Source: Acidimicrobiia bacterium
Lineage (GTDB): Bacteria > Actinomycetota > Acidimicrobiia > Spongiisociales > ZC4RG35
Direction of reading: 5' to 3'
DNA: 64,000 nt
NCBI GenBank assembly: GCA_965203555.1
Contig: CBDBCY010000004.1
Location: 32,001 to 96,000, forward strand
Shown: positions 39,601 to 48,090 of the stretch, piece after piece
How positions within the stretch are numbered: the first letter of the stretch is position 1
Layout: every line of letters starts with the position of its first letter
Program-made: the position numbers and the translations under genes
The notes under the pieces: generated by a model
Seen by the model: the letters and a program-made list of their open reading frames with translations, nothing else
Told to the model about the DNA's origin: nothing
The model's database searches: none

Positions 39601-39930
39601 CATGTCGATGGGGATGTTCATGATCACCGGATCGACCTGCCACCCGCGCAGGTCGATCCCTCTGTCTTTGAGGACTTCCACGATGGTCTCGAACTCCACG
39701 CCGGGCGGGTTCAGGGAGAGATACTCGTCGGCGTCCAGGAGTTCGGGGTTACCGGCTATAACCGGCGAGTCCTGGTTGGGCGGGGTGTCGATGTGGAGAA
39801 ACTGCCACCCCTGGGGCATTTTCCCCTCCCACCCCACCTGCCGGAACCACTCTCCGAGCGCCTGTTTCACATAGCGGAGAGTCTTCCCTCCCGATCCTCC
39901 CAGTCCCACCAGCAGAAATTTGCGCAACAC
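36622..39930 (-). CDS. Tubulin/FtsZ-like GTPase domain protein (Tubulin_2 / FtsZl type, ~1102 aa)
   Basis: VGLGGSGGKT, HIDT, GAGQFR..GR and SSLAGGTGAG tubulin-signature variant; long helical C-terminus; AGGAAAGGA RBS. Confidence 0.88.
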   Translation of the reverse strand: MLRKFLLVGLGGSGGKTLRYVKQALGEWFRQVGWEGKMPQGWQFLHIDTPPNQDSPVIAGNPELLDADEYLSLNPPGVEFETIVEVLKDRGIDLRGWQVDPVIMNIPIDMGAGQFRSIGRMLGLHQINEVKQHLNRKRAAIMTAGAAAQLRELTEKIDEGMGGAESPPPIVIVVSSLAGGTGAGILIDVCDVLRSDGERWLDNSVGILYSADVFNELSFSAAQGVQPNSAAAYSEILHGYFGGNGFNPPGGGPIQQRSGPAFPYLVGQSNARGVNFGDQIEIYRFMGRCLAAVMSDPTIQDHFATYMMANWQASAGQFKQADPSDPVSLLAEPPSYVGAFQALGFAEVELGAKRLEMYAERRLTRDAVEWILSGHRRLSDERHEHRNLSEEDRIEKLAEESFTRFLEQCEINERGPDNNQIIDAIGLPESRLRAELSAVFRSIQEALGQRSDKEKPQEWIYSIVEEVKARRRGILQKWDTELRNSVAEWARKAQPRIVARVGTFVAERGARVTARLLDLAQREMEDVAKELEEESHGEDQLSQHLRSDVGSILSGGGVLRFDHPDVSKAISTALNTGVVRRYQGIVRLLASQLVEDFHRDFLAPLRRELQDAADKLADDIENERTPVAGWPRHEPESDQNVPDSLIPGQSVKTLIDLEQYPRLFDELTAATLGSGAGGSLDQQSSVRRAIILGEPQAPTPAGWLQETQRWRTRETLVLGEGPRNSAAFRIAVGRDDILARAREWLHTDGSAWDGFLSQGLRSYLSESKTVSQTELARRGDRFRHQLEAAFEAAEPLASVDESILARVHPATEMAIRPVPGKIPIRGLALEDQVTEFLTARFDRDRDTAVRCLSQDEKLNKIPVYCSLNSALHPIVFDSLMSPIADKYRWARDNGMIQNFWKWRRTRPLQVAAPLPAPTLLAMLRGWFTGRLLGTIDTESRPILLHSHRGVLKLPDLLGVGGGRSPDVLAELIEGLAIALPIAATWRDFGSYLGPYQQLVEWGREPGTAGHSLSQYRRPSQMLSEWLRTGKTVAGRSARVAGVDEATRLLDETARAYHGLYETDLETQTSQHSWLGLHDQIIKSLTQLKDCLSDQKTLPPTLL

Positions 39931-39953
39931 GATACCTGTCCTTTCCTGTTCCT

Positions 39954-42812
39954 TTACCGAAAGCCGCGGTCCTTCACCCGGGCCAGGGCCGTTCTGACGA
40001 CCTCGGTGAGTTGCTGCCCGGAAGGAGCGTCGCCGCCGACGCCGGCCATCACCGCCCCGCGTGACCCACCCTCCTCGATCAGCACGATCGATTCGTGGAG
40101 CCGGTCCTTGTGGCCGATCCGATGGTGTCGGGCCGGCAGCTCCGTCATTGTGTCGCCGTCCATCACCGCCACGGAACGGGCGCCCGCCAGCGACAGTTCG
40201 GCGTAGGGCGGACGCCAGATCCGCCAGAACGGCGTCTTGCGGACAGCCTGCAGCGGCCCGGCCCCGATCCTGCCGGCCGACCACATGGGCAGGCGATGAT
40301 CCTCCTCTCCGATCTTGGTCTGTCCGTCCCCCGCCACCGTGAACTCCGCGTAGCGGGTGTTCGGCAGGCGGGGCAACCGTCCGGCCCGGCGATTGATCGC
40401 ATAGAGCGCCAGCCACAGCAGGGTGAACATCAAGAGCAGCAGCAAAGCGGAGAGAATTGTCTCCAGGGTACGGTTCCGTTCCCGGTCGATCGGCCCCGGC
40501 ACCGAGATGGCCAGTGGTTGGCGTTCGTCTTCGACGGAGACGCTGACGTAGCGGACAGTCATCCCCTGGTCGGTGTTCACCTGGCGCTCCAGTTCCACCT
40601 CCAGTTCGGTGGGCTTGGAGTCGCCGGTGTCCGAGCACCATATGGGATCGTGGTCCGCGAAGGCCACCGTGGCGGGGACTCGCTCCCCCTCTCCGCCGTC
40701 CACCTCCGTCGAGGTGTCCAGTTCGAGGCATCCGGGCGTGTCGTCCACTTTGACCGGGACCGTCAGATCCCGGCCCACCAGTGGCGCCAGCCGGGCATGG
40801 TCCAGTTCCATCACCGGACCGGGCGGCTGGGGATCGGCCTGGACCTGGAACGAGTCCGTGACCCACCCCACTTGCTCTCCCTCCCGCAACTCGAATCGGT
40901 AGACATGTATGCCGGGTTCGGATGAGGCGGGTACCCGCAGTGTCCCGTCCTCGGTCCAGACCGCGTCCAGTTCCTCATCGTCGCGGTACACCACGATGTC
41001 GTCCTGCTGTTCGGGGGTGAGCGGGCGGTTGTCGGCCTCCACCGCGAATTCCACGGGTCGGCCGGCCAGCACCGGCGAGGTCAGCAGTTCCGCCTCGAAG
41101 GGAAGTCGGTCCACTTCCACCACCACCGTGGACCTCACCCACCCCGACGGGGCGCCGCTTTGCAGCTCGAATTGGTAGGTGTGGGCGCCGGGTGCGGGCG
41201 CCACCGGGTCCTGGATCGTCCCGTCCTCGGTCCAGACCGCGTCCAGTTCCTCTCCGTCGCGGTACACGACGATGTCGTCCTGCTGTTCGGGGGTGAGCGG
41301 GCGGTTGTCGGCCTCCACCGCGAATTCCACGGGATCCCCGGCCACCGCCCGGGAGGTGGTGGTTTGCGCGTCCAGGGTCACCCCCTCCACCTGCACCGCC
41401 ACCGAGGCCGTGCCCGGTTCCCCCGAAGCGGTGCTGCCCAGTTCGAACTGGTAGGTGTGGGCGCCCGGTTCGGGTGCGGCCGGGTCCTGGAGGTTTCCCT
41501 CCGGGGTCCACCGTACACCGTCCACCGGTCGGCCGTCGCGGTGCACGGTGACGCGATTCCGCTCCTCGGGGGAGAGGGGGCGGGGATCCTCCTGGACAGA
41601 ACCGGTGGTAAGGGAGAACTCCAGGGGCTGTCCGGCCATGGCCGGGGAGGTGACCGCGGCGGCGGTGAGGTCGGGAGGCCCGAAGTCCACCGACCCGCAC
41701 ACCTGCTCCATGCGGCCTCCCCTGACCACCGGAGATGTGAATCGATGCTCCGAGTCGAATTCGAGCACCAGCCGGACGACGGACGGGTTCGAAACGTCAA
41801 GGACCGCCGGCTCGTGACCGGTCCGCAACTCCGCCCGCCCGGGACCAGCCAAAAGGGTCACCGACTCCACCAGTTCCGGGGGGATCCCGGAGGGAAGATC
41901 TCCATTCCATACCACTCCCTCGCCCGACCGGACGGTGAGGGAAGCGGGGTCGAGAGCCGTTCCCGAGAGGGAGGTGCAGGCGGCGTTGAAGAGCAGATCG
42001 TCCGAAAGGCTGTCCATGTCCGCCACCGGCCGGTGATCGAACTCCAGTGTCCCGCACCCCTTTTCATTGAGCAATTCGAACAGTCTCAGCGTATCCCCGT
42101 ACGGCTGGTCTCCCTCCAGGTAGAAAAGCCTGATCTCAAACGCCGGCACCTGCGCGCTGTCGAATTGCTCGGCCAATCCGAAGTACCGGGGGTTGATCTG
42201 GGAGCGGGACGCTTCGGTTCCGCAGATGGCGGGAATCAGCAAGCCCTCCACGTCGGAGAGATTCCCCCGGTCCGACAGGTCCCGTTGGAGGGTGTCGTAC
42301 GACCGGGGCAGCAGGAGGTCGCCCCTCGCCCGATGGTCCAGATCGTGCTGCCCGTCGCTGAACCACACCGTTCTTCGGCAATCGCTGCTCCACGGCATGT
42401 CCAGTATCCCGCGAAAAGCCTCGATGTAATCGGTGTGCCACCGGTACTCGTCCCGGTCCCATTCGTAGTCGACATGTCGGTCGGCGAATTCCTCGACCAG
42501 CAGGTGCAGACGGTCGGCATCGGTGTCCAGATCCAGGAATCCGTCGCTGTAGGGTCTGAAAGTGGCGGCGAAACCGGCCAGGGCCACCGAGATGTCCACC
42601 TGCTGATTGGCCCTGAGGTTGGCCAGGTACTCCTTGGTGGCGTCTATGCGTCGGTTGCGGGGGTCGTTGGTGTCTATCGACCCGGACTCGTCGAGGAGGA
42701 TCAGCACCTCCAGGGAATTGCATGTCTGCGGTGTCTGCGCTTGCGCCCCGGAAGGCGGCAAAACAGCCAAAAGGGTTACGATCACCGCGGCGAGGGCTGC
42801 GTACCGCTTCAA
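39954..42812 (-). CDS. Exported vWA-domain protein with internal repeats and a C-terminal TM anchor (~952 aa)
   Basis: Signal peptide ending AQA, MIDAS LLDESGS...TDY...FSDG, ~92-aa repeats, TM ILSALLLLLMFTLLWLALYAI followed by a cytoplasmic tail. Confidence 0.85.
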   Translation of the reverse strand: MKRYAALAAVIVTLLAVLPPSGAQAQTPQTCNSLEVLILLDESGSIDTNDPRNRRIDATKEYLANLRANQQVDISVALAGFAATFRPYSDGFLDLDTDADRLHLLVEEFADRHVDYEWDRDEYRWHTDYIEAFRGILDMPWSSDCRRTVWFSDGQHDLDHRARGDLLLPRSYDTLQRDLSDRGNLSDVEGLLIPAICGTEASRSQINPRYFGLAEQFDSAQVPAFEIRLFYLEGDQPYGDTLRLFELLNEKGCGTLEFDHRPVADMDSLSDDLLFNAACTSLSGTALDPASLTVRSGEGVVWNGDLPSGIPPELVESVTLLAGPGRAELRTGHEPAVLDVSNPSVVRLVLEFDSEHRFTSPVVRGGRMEQVCGSVDFGPPDLTAAAVTSPAMAGQPLEFSLTTGSVQEDPRPLSPEERNRVTVHRDGRPVDGVRWTPEGNLQDPAAPEPGAHTYQFELGSTASGEPGTASVAVQVEGVTLDAQTTTSRAVAGDPVEFAVEADNRPLTPEQQDDIVVYRDGEELDAVWTEDGTIQDPVAPAPGAHTYQFELQSGAPSGWVRSTVVVEVDRLPFEAELLTSPVLAGRPVEFAVEADNRPLTPEQQDDIVVYRDDEELDAVWTEDGTLRVPASSEPGIHVYRFELREGEQVGWVTDSFQVQADPQPPGPVMELDHARLAPLVGRDLTVPVKVDDTPGCLELDTSTEVDGGEGERVPATVAFADHDPIWCSDTGDSKPTELEVELERQVNTDQGMTVRYVSVSVEDERQPLAISVPGPIDRERNRTLETILSALLLLLMFTLLWLALYAINRRAGRLPRLPNTRYAEFTVAGDGQTKIGEEDHRLPMWSAGRIGAGPLQAVRKTPFWRIWRPPYAELSLAGARSVAVMDGDTMTELPARHHRIGHKDRLHESIVLIEEGGSRGAVMAGVGGDAPSGQQLTEVVRTALARVKDRGFR
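40942..41333. repeat. Near-identical 116-nt direct repeat (40942-41057 and 41218-41333; period 276 nt) inside the vWA gene
   Basis: Both copies encode PVEFAVEADNRPLTPEQQDDIVVYRD(G/D)EELDAVWTEDGT; a third, diverged copy lies near 41440-41640. Confidence 0.92.
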
Positions 42813-43225
42813 AGTGTCAGATCCCGAGCGATTCTGATGGCGATCATGTAGCCGGACCACAAGGCCGACACGAAGGAGATCACCAGAGCCGAAATTACCA
42901 CTGCGGTCGAATTCCACCACCGACCCACCCACGCCGGGCCCTGGCCGAGTTGTTTCAGTCGAAAGAGAGCGAACCCGGGGAAGGACAGCCCCACCACTGC
43001 CAGGATTCCCCCGAGAGCCAGGAGGAAGTTGGGATCGTCGAAGCGCAGGTGGCGGATTTCCTCGCCCATCCGGGCCATGACCACGGACGCCGCCGACCCG
43101 GTAAGCAAAAGAGCAAGCCACCATCCCCCTCCCTCTTCCCATGGGGCGCCCCGTCTCCGGCTGAGCGTCCTTTCCCGGTGGCGCTGGTCAGGTGGTTCGT
43201 ATTCAAATCTAAAATCGGAAGACAT
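42809..43225 (-). CDS. Small 3-TM membrane protein, first gene of the tubulin-vWA operon
   Basis: Three hydrophobic segments; stop overlaps the TTG start of the vWA gene. Confidence 0.75.
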   Translation of the reverse strand: MSSDFRFEYEPPDQRHRERTLSRRRGAPWEEGGGWWLALLLTGSAASVVMARMGEEIRHLRFDDPNFLLALGGILAVVGLSFPGFALFRLKQLGQGPAWVGRWWNSTAVVISALVISFVSALWSGYMIAIRIARDLTL

Positions 43226-43233
43226 TGGTGAAC

Positions 43234-43255
43234 AATATACAGAAAGGGTGTGACA
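43234..43255 (-). promoter_or_regulatory. TGTCAC-N10-TATATT promoter of the tubulin-vWA operon, largely overlapped by a 29-bp inverted repeat (43238-43266)
   Basis: Minus strand TGTCAC ACCCTTTCTG TATATT GTTCACCA ATG. Confidence 0.75.
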
Positions 43256-43440
43256 CGCTTTCTGTAAGTCCAAGGTCTTTCAGGCTCGGGTTCGTCATGC
43301 GGACGGTTAATCCGAACAGGTCGGAATTGAGTTCCGGTTCTGACCAGTGGTTTCGCCCGTTGTTTCTAATCCGCCGCCCACCCCGGTACGAATAGTCGCG
43401 GACTCAATCGACAGGCGCCCCCATTGGCGCCACAAACCGG

Positions 43441-44391
43441 CTACATTACGATGCTCACCACCCGGCCGCCCATGGGTTGCACGGGACGACTGTTCGGTCC
43501 GCCGCTCAGAGCCTGAAGCCCTTCGACCTGTTCCGCAGAGATGGTCTTCGGTCTGCGCATCACGAACCAGTCGACCGGTTCCTCGCAGGGGGGTGTCGTC
43601 TTCGATCCGTCGTATCTGAAATAGAAAGGGCCGTCCGGCCGGAAACTCCGGGCGTTCAGGGTGAATCCCTCGCCGATCTCGTCACCGGACACCGGGGCGA
43701 CCTCGAGAATCGCCTGCACCGCCGGGCTGGGCTCTCCCAACTGGAACAGTTGTCCCACCACCGCCAAGTCGCCGCGGTCGTCGGCGTGGACCAAGTGCAG
43801 TTCCGCCGCGTACCTCAGCCCGTCCACCAGATGTTCAGACGGTGTGTGAATGTGGGCCGACTCGAGTCGGTAAGTGCGCTCGCCGACGCTCAGAGTGTTT
43901 CCCGGTGGGTACTCGACGTGGACGAACTTCCCGTCGTTGCGGACGGTCCTGGCTTCGAAGGCGTATAGGAAGGACATCGGCGTGTAGTCCTCTCGGACGT
44001 ATCCGGTGATGTCGATCGGCGATTGCTGTTTGCCCTTCGAGCAGTTTTCGTACCGCTTGGACAGCGAACCCCAATGCTGCGGCCCGCCCGGCCCCTCATA
44101 CCCCCAGTCCACCCGTCTCATCCTGGCCACTCTGATCTCCCACATGACGTACACCAGGCATGTCAGGCCGATGAAAAGCCCCCTCCAATAGAGTCTACCT
44201 GTCCTTGGTCCTGATCCTGACCAGTTCGGAAGCCACCATGGGACTACGGACGAGGCTGCCACCATGAGAAATGTCAACAGGCGTATACCCTTCTTGATCT
44301 GATCTCCCCCCAAGTAGGAAACGGTCATGTGCGATAGTCGGATGGTCCAGTGCGGACCGATCTGATGCCCAATAAGATTAATTGTCATCAC
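43441..44391 (-). CDS. Alpha-class carbonic anhydrase, with possible N-terminal hydrophobic extension
   Basis: WGYEG..GPQHW, QQSPIDI, HIHTPSEH, ELHLVH, GSKTTPPC. Confidence 0.9.
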   Translation of the reverse strand: MMTINLIGHQIGPHWTIRLSHMTVSYLGGDQIKKGIRLLTFLMVAASSVVPWWLPNWSGSGPRTGRLYWRGLFIGLTCLVYVMWEIRVARMRRVDWGYEGPGGPQHWGSLSKRYENCSKGKQQSPIDITGYVREDYTPMSFLYAFEARTVRNDGKFVHVEYPPGNTLSVGERTYRLESAHIHTPSEHLVDGLRYAAELHLVHADDRGDLAVVGQLFQLGEPSPAVQAILEVAPVSGDEIGEGFTLNARSFRPDGPFYFRYDGSKTTPPCEEPVDWFVMRRPKTISAEQVEGLQALSGGPNSRPVQPMGGRVVSIVM

Positions 44392-44595
44392 ACTCTCGAC
44401 ATAAACGTCGACAGGAGCAATGAACCGCCCCTCATAGAAGGCTGTCGTTCGGATTATCGGCTGGTTGGTGGGGTTTGATGCGCCCGTCCGGGGGCTACAG
44501 AACCCCTGCCCCGACTGCGGACGGACGGGATACCATAACAGACCACCTGCTTAGTCCACCCGATCCGCCATATCCCGATTCAGCGGGCGGCGCCG

Positions 44596-46578
44596 ATGAC
44601 AAGCCCGGGCAGGATCGGAGAGAAAGGAGTTCCCGTGTTCGCCTCCAAGCCCATCAGAAGACCCCTGGCGGTTCTCGTTGTCCTGACTTTGCTGTCGGGG
44701 CTCTGGATCGCCGCTCCGGTCGCCTCCCAGGAAGGCGACTCGGAGAGCGGGGAGTTCACCCTGGTCATCCTCCACAACAACGACGGGGAGTCCAAGCTAC
44801 TCGAAGACCCGGACTCCGGATACCCGGGCGCGGCCCGTTTCGCGGCGGCGATGAAGCAGCTTCAGTCGCAGGCCGACGGGGCGGTGATCACCCTTACCTC
44901 CGGGGACAACTTCCTGGCCTCCCAGGAACTGGGAGTATCCCTCGCCCGCGGCGATGCTCCGCTCTATGACTCGGTGGCCCTGAGCGGCCTCTACGACGCC
45001 ATGGCTCTGGGCAACCACGACTTCGACCTCGGGCCGGAGGTGACCGCCCGGTTCATTGAGGGCTTCACGCCGCCGGTGCCGTTTCTCTCGGCCAACCTGG
45101 ATTTCTCGGGTGAGCCCGTCCTCTCGGGACTGGAGGAGAAGGGCCTGCTCGCTGCCAGCGTGGTGATCGAGACAGGCGGCGAGCGGATCGGAGTGATCGG
45201 CGCGGTAACCCCTTGGCTGGCCAACATCTCCAGCCCCCGCAACGTCGAGGTCTCCGCAGTGCTGCCGGCGGTGGCCGCGGAGACGGCCAAGCTGACCGCC
45301 GACGGAGTGGACAAGATCATCCTGGTCAGCCATCTCCAGGACGTGGCCGAGGAGGTGGCGCTGGTAGCCGAACTGAGCGGCGTCGATGTGGTGATCGCGG
45401 GCGGCGGGGACGACCTGCTCGCCAACGAAGGCGACACCTGCATGCCCGACGAGGAACCGGCCGGCCCCTACCCGTTGCGGGTCGCCGATGCCTCGGGTTC
45501 CGAGGTCCCGGTGATCACCGCCCCCGGCGGCTATCGGTGCATCGGGGAGTTGACGGTGGTCTTCGACTCCGACGGCGCCATAACCAGCGCCCAGGGCCGT
45601 TCGGTGGGAGTGGGGCTGGACGTCGCCGCGGACCCGACGGTGCAGACGGCGGTGATCGAGCCCCTCACCGCGGCGGTGTCAGCCATAGACGCCCACGTCA
45701 TCGGGACGAGCGAGGTCGACCTCGACGGTCGCCGGTCGATAGTGCGTACCACCGACACCAACGTGGGGAGCCTGCTGGCGGACGCCCTCCGCATCCGGGC
45801 CTCGCACCTGGCGGCCGGCTTCGGCGTCTCCCCGCCTGCGGTGGCGGTCACCAACGGGGGCGGGATTCGCAACGACTCGGTGATCCCTGCGGGGAATTTC
45901 ACCACCGGCATGACCTGGGACATCGCACCTTTCCACAACCATGTGGTGGTGGGTGATGTTCCCCGGGAGACCTTCCGTCTCCTGTTGGAGCAGGCGGTCA
46001 GCCGCGTGCCCGGGGCGGGCGGCCAGTTCGCCCAGGTGTCGGGCTTCACCTTCGAATACGACCCGTCAGGTGCGGCCCAGGAGGTGGACCGGTCCGCCGA
46101 CTGCGCCATCACCGGCTCGCCCGGCGAGCGGGTGAGGAACGTCACTCTCTCCGACGGGACGGTGATCGTCCGGGACGGTTCGGTGGTTTCCGGCGATCCG
46201 GTGACCCTGGCCACGGTGGACTTCCTGGCCAAGGGAGGCGACTGCTATCCCCTGGCCGAGGTGGAGATCACCAGGCTTCCGGTCACCTACCAGCAGGCTC
46301 TGGCCGACTACGTGGCCCAGGATCTGGGCGGGAAGATCACCGCCGCCGCCTATCCCACCGACGGTGGCGGGCGGATCACGGCCCTGGCGCCCACCCGCTC
46401 CTACAAGGTGCGATCCGGCGACACCCTGCGCTCGATCGCCCACTCCCTCCTGGGGTCGGAACTCCGCTGGCCGGAGATATTTGCGCTGAACGAGGGCAAG
46501 ACCCAGGCCGACGGGCGGTCCCTGACCAATCCCGACCTGATCCACATCGACTGGATTCTGGAGGTCCCCGGGAACTGA
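44596..46578 (+). CDS. Secreted 5'-nucleotidase / metallophosphoesterase with C-terminal LysM
   Basis: Signal peptide, HNND, SGDNF, GNHDFD, NGGGIR, QVSG; LysM YKVRSGDTLRSIA...NPDLI. Confidence 0.9.
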   Translation: MTSPGRIGEKGVPVFASKPIRRPLAVLVVLTLLSGLWIAAPVASQEGDSESGEFTLVILHNNDGESKLLEDPDSGYPGAARFAAAMKQLQSQADGAVITLTSGDNFLASQELGVSLARGDAPLYDSVALSGLYDAMALGNHDFDLGPEVTARFIEGFTPPVPFLSANLDFSGEPVLSGLEEKGLLAASVVIETGGERIGVIGAVTPWLANISSPRNVEVSAVLPAVAAETAKLTADGVDKIILVSHLQDVAEEVALVAELSGVDVVIAGGGDDLLANEGDTCMPDEEPAGPYPLRVADASGSEVPVITAPGGYRCIGELTVVFDSDGAITSAQGRSVGVGLDVAADPTVQTAVIEPLTAAVSAIDAHVIGTSEVDLDGRRSIVRTTDTNVGSLLADALRIRASHLAAGFGVSPPAVAVTNGGGIRNDSVIPAGNFTTGMTWDIAPFHNHVVVGDVPRETFRLLLEQAVSRVPGAGGQFAQVSGFTFEYDPSGAAQEVDRSADCAITGSPGERVRNVTLSDGTVIVRDGSVVSGDPVTLATVDFLAKGGDCYPLAEVEITRLPVTYQQALADYVAQDLGGKITAAAYPTDGGGRITALAPTRSYKVRSGDTLRSIAHSLLGSELRWPEIFALNEGKTQADGRSLTNPDLIHIDWILEVPGN

Positions 46579-46992
46579 TCCCACCCTCGACCGGTGTTCT
46601 CATCCGCCTTCCGCCCCACCCGGGCGGGAGGCGGATGGTCCGGCGCGGCGCCGGGGGTGTGCCGAGGGGTTGCTTGCAGGGGCATCCTGTCCGCACTCGG
46701 GCGGCAAGAGCAAGGCTCCCGTCAGGTCACAGCCGCGGTCGGGAAGAGCGCCGCCCCCGGGCCGGAAACAAGGCCGACAGATATCCCGGGAAAGACACCA
46801 AGCCGGATTTCGCTCGATTCAGACCCGTCCCGCCCTGGGGGCGCCCTGTAAGTACGAAGTGGTGGGTGTGCCCGGCATTGTTTTGACGTACGTGTCGACC
46901 TTGGCGCCGATCGGCGCAGGCGGTGGTTTTCGCCCCTAATCGGCCGGGCCCGGGCCTGTTCAAGGGGGCGGGGCGGGTGTCCGATGGTCGGT

Positions 46993-48090
46993 CTATTCCT
47001 CCCGGCCGGTGCTGTCCTCTATCTCCACTACCAGTTCATGGTGTCGAAGCGAGGTGGAGATCAAGGACTGCACTATGGCGACCACCGGCAGCGACAGGAC
47101 CGCTCCCACCGCTCCCATCAGGTATCCGCCGGCGATCACCGCCCCCACCGAGACCGCCGGGTGGACGGCCATGGTGCGGGAGGTGACCCGGGGAGAGATG
47201 ATCAGGTTTTCGACCTGCTGGTAGGCGACGATCAGAATCAGGACCCACAGGGCGGTGATCGGGTTCTCGACCAGGGCGATGAAGACCGGGAGCGCTCCCC
47301 CGACATAGGTGCCGATCACGGGCAGGAACTGGGATATCACTCCCATCCAGATTCCCAGCGCCACCGGATAGGGCACCGAGAGCAGAGCGAGCGTCACGGT
47401 GGTGATCACCGCCGACAGCCCGGCCAGAATCAGCCTCGAATAGATATACCCGCCGGTCTTTTCTATGGAGACCTCCCAGATCCGCAGCAGGAGGTGTTGA
47501 CGGCGGGCGGAGAAGAGCGAAAGCACCAGACGCAGCATCCTGGGCGTGTCCGCCACGATGTAGAAGGCAAACAGCAAAACGGTCATCACCTGGAAGGCCG
47601 CGGTCGCCAAAGTGCCGCCCACCGCCAGCGCCCCCTCGGTCAGTCGGCCCCCGTACTGCTCGATAAGCGCCCCGATATCCGTCAGTTGGGAACGGATGGC
47701 GCCGTCCAGATCGACGTTCAGGTACTGTCCCAGCCAATCCTCCACGGTGGCCAGATAGTCGGGCAATTTGACAGCGATCTCGGCAGCCTGGCTGATTAAA
47801 AGAGGCAACAGGGTAGCCAAAAACACCACTACCAGCACCAGGGCCACCGCAAAGACCGCAACGGTCGCCCATCGGCGACCCCATCCTTTCTTCTCCAGCC
47901 AGTCCACCGCCGGAACAAGCCCCACCGCCAGGAACAGGGCGACGAAGACCATCACCAAAAGGGCGGTTAACTCTCTCATCACCCACACCACCGCCGCAAT
48001 CCCCAACACCCCCAAAGCGACCCTGCCCAACCACCGATTGAGCCAAGGAGGAGGCCGGTCGAAACACGGAGAACCACCGGTCGGCGTCAC
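46993..48090 (-). CDS. AI-2E family transporter
   Basis: Polytopic; P.IG, YQQVEN..ISPRV, VHPAV and GAV..LP motifs. Confidence 0.92.
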   Translation of the reverse strand: MTPTGGSPCFDRPPPWLNRWLGRVALGVLGIAAVVWVMRELTALLVMVFVALFLAVGLVPAVDWLEKKGWGRRWATVAVFAVALVLVVVFLATLLPLLISQAAEIAVKLPDYLATVEDWLGQYLNVDLDGAIRSQLTDIGALIEQYGGRLTEGALAVGGTLATAAFQVMTVLLFAFYIVADTPRMLRLVLSLFSARRQHLLLRIWEVSIEKTGGYIYSRLILAGLSAVITTVTLALLSVPYPVALGIWMGVISQFLPVIGTYVGGALPVFIALVENPITALWVLILIVAYQQVENLIISPRVTSRTMAVHPAVSVGAVIAGGYLMGAVGAVLSLPVVAIVQSLISTSLRHHELVVEIEDSTGREE

